Under the pieces are notes generated by a model that saw nothing but the letters and a program-made list of their open reading frames with translations, was not told the DNA's origin and did no database searches. A stretch of 64,000 nucleotides of DNA, from assembly GCA_023920165.1 (NCBI GenBank), contig CP089281.1:1736001-1800000 (forward strand). The letters run 5' to 3'. Below are positions 61,605-64,000 of this stretch, in pieces. Positions within the stretch are counted from its first letter, which is position 1; every line of letters starts with the position of its first letter. This DNA comes from Curvularia clavata. Its lineage: Eukaryota. The position numbers and the translations under genes are program-made.

Positions 61605-62991
61605 ATGGCTGGTGGCTACGACACAAAGTCGCGCTCGAAAAATGGAGCATTTGATGAGAAAGAAAATGGAAAGGTACGGTTTTGGAAAGCGCATTAGTTG
61701 TGACTTGAAACTCATGCGATTGTAGAAGCGGAAAACGCTAGACGACGGCGCCAGCCCTTCCAAGAAGCGAAGGGGTGATGTCCAAGAGCATAACATCGAG
61801 GATGTTGACACATCGAGACCTACTGCCATATTTAATCCCACCAAAGGCCGCAACTGGACAGTCACTTTGGCTTTGCCTGGCAGCTGGACTCTCAATGCGA
61901 AAAAGCCCGACCACAAAACCATTCAGGTTGGGCGCATCGCACGTGCAGCAGCAATTTACTGCGTCGACGAAATCGTCGTATATGACGATGACCCAAGTAA
62001 CATCGACCCCAAGGTTATCGACCCAAAGTACATTCGCAAAGGACGCACAAAACAACAGGTACTCGACATGATCCCCGAGCAAGACGAAGCATGGCAAAAT
62101 CCTGATCAATTCCTGTACCATTTGTTGGCTTTTGCCGAATGCCCTCCACATTTGAGGTACGACCGTGACGATCCAAGGCTGAGCATTTTCAAAGAACATC
62201 AAAATCTCAAATGGGTGGGCAATCTGCCCAGTATGGACATGCCCCATCATTTAAGAAGTCACGAGTGGTGCCAGTACCGTGAGGGCGTCTTTTTGGGCTC
62301 CGCGCCGCCACCTGCGTCAGCCACACCGAGTGGCAGCAAGTCGAAGAAAGTAACACAAGACGCTCAGGATTATGCGTATGTCAAGTGCGGTCTGCCTTAT
62401 CCGATACGCGTTCCTGTACCCAAAGAGGCACCGGTTGAGCCAGGTATGCGCACCACCATAAGGTTTGCCAACGAAGATGCTCCACCTGGATGGCCGAACC
62501 TCTCACAGCAAGATTGTGACGGTCTAGAGGCCATGGCATGCGCAGCCAGTGTTCCGCGCGAGGAGGGCGGATACTACTGGGGTTACAATGTTCGGCGTGC
62601 TGCTTCACTCGGCGCTGTCTTCTCGGAATGCGAGTACCCTGGTGGATATGATATGTCCATTGGTACTTCCGAGCGTGGGCAATCGGTGTATTCCTTTCTT
62701 TCAGGCACCGGGGCAAATCTTCTTGACGTGCCCGACTCCACACTTTCCAAGGCGCCCGAATCCTTCAAGCATCTCCTCATCGTATTCGGCGGCCAAGCGG
62801 GCATAGAACCAGCGGTCGCCAGCGACCCCGAGCTGACCAGTAAAGGACTAGACAAGTCTACGGCGCATCAGTTGTTTGACGCTTGGGTGAACTTGGTACC
62901 ACGCCAAGGCAGTAGGACCATTAGGACAGAAGAAGCTGTAATCATTGGACTCGGTGCGCTCAAACCATGGATTGACACTATGTATACATGA
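61605..62991 (+). CDS. SPOUT-family RNA methyltransferase, SPOUT1/C9orf114 (DUF171)-like; intron 61674-61725
   Basis: GRIARAAAIYCVDEIVVY, ECPPHLR, YYWGYNVR, IGTSERG and QGSRTIRTEEA. Confidence 0.9.
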
Positions 62992-64000
62992 GTTTAGCGG
63001 TGGGGAGAGAGATTGATAGGACAAGATGCCCGGCTTTGGGCTCTGCAAGAACCGTGTAGCACTATACAGTCGCCGAGCGTGCAAATATTGGACAGCGACG
63101 CCTGTGTACAAAAAATATCGCAAAGAACTGGTTGGCACTAATAACCTCCCAAACGATAAATATCATAAACTGATTTCAAGACGGCTTCGCCACACAATGA
63201 TCCATCTCAACATCAGAGTACATAGTAGACCAATGTTCCGATGCCTTGTCGGCGCTGGCAAATGAGATCACTGTCTAGCTCTATGCCGTTGCAACCAGCT
63301 GTTCTAACTAATTTACATTCGTGAACGGACCAAAGCCTCCATGAACAAGTGATCGGCCGCTGTGCATCATGGGAGCGTCATGTTTCTACGGGCAAAATGT
63401 AAGAGTCGGCAGATACCGCCGCCTCTCCCCCACTTTTGACATGGAGATTATGGTCTGTTGCTGAACATGCTACGCATGTACTCCATGCATACGCTTCCTC
63501 CATCTGCTTATGCAAGTCAGACAGACCGCTGTTGTGATGCGACCTACCCTGCCCTTGCACACAAAGTAAACGAACTCGGTCACGGCACTTCATTCCGTCT
63601 CTTATCAGTTCGGACATGAAGGTCTCGAAGGTCTCAACGTCATGTAAGACGGCTGACAAATGGTGAAATACAAAGCGCGACTCAAGTTATCCAGATATGA
63701 GGCTGTGCACACCAGAGTGTCCTCTCAAGAATTCACTACTGGCGCTTAGATCAATGACTTATGTGGGTTTCGCCGTATGTGAGGACCCGCAACGCTAAAT
63801 GATGTTCCGTTAATATGAAGGTTACATAGGTCGTCTAGGCGGTCAGCAGAATGCCAAGAAAAGGCTGGGCATGAAAAGGAAACAGGGACGTGAAGGCCTA
63901 TGACCATCACGTGATCGAGGCTCAAAACCTCACATATCACACCTGATGGAGTTCGCAGTAGTTTCCAATTAGGACATCCATTACCTATTTTGCACTCCCT

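Noticed and set aside
63378..63940. Short minus-strand ORFs at the window end
   Set aside because: Non-ATG starts and no recognisable motif; cannot be judged without flanking sequence.

Overview
Eukaryotic, intron-containing DNA from a filamentous ascomycete. Pezizomycotina is well supported; Dothideomycete/Pleosporales is my inference from protein style. About 25 genes are present. Conserved housekeeping genes: SSADH (3' part), RPS2, Atg28-like, DCAF11/WDR23-like, Sec61-gamma (absent from the ORF track), CPSF6/7-like RRM protein, SAM37/metaxin, eisosome Pil1/PilB, 3-hydroxyacid dehydrogenase, NNF1, SLA2, SLU7, REV3 and SPOUT1. Accessory genes: a GH5 cellulase with a bacterial-type C-terminal module, an alpha/beta hydrolase, a DUF1330-like gene, a stand-alone HET gene, an S28 peptidase, a Gfo/Idh/MocA oxidoreductase and a HET-NACHT-WD40 fungal NLR. 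Most notable: (i) an unannotated 34-aa proline-rich microprotein gene with an SH3-ligand-like RPLPxxP motif, alone in a ~7.8 kb gene desert; (ii) an imperfect ~40-bp inverted repeat pair bracketing the NLR gene; (iii) a small SelK-like membrane protein ending in CxxC. All calls come from reading the sequence by eye; no searches were run.
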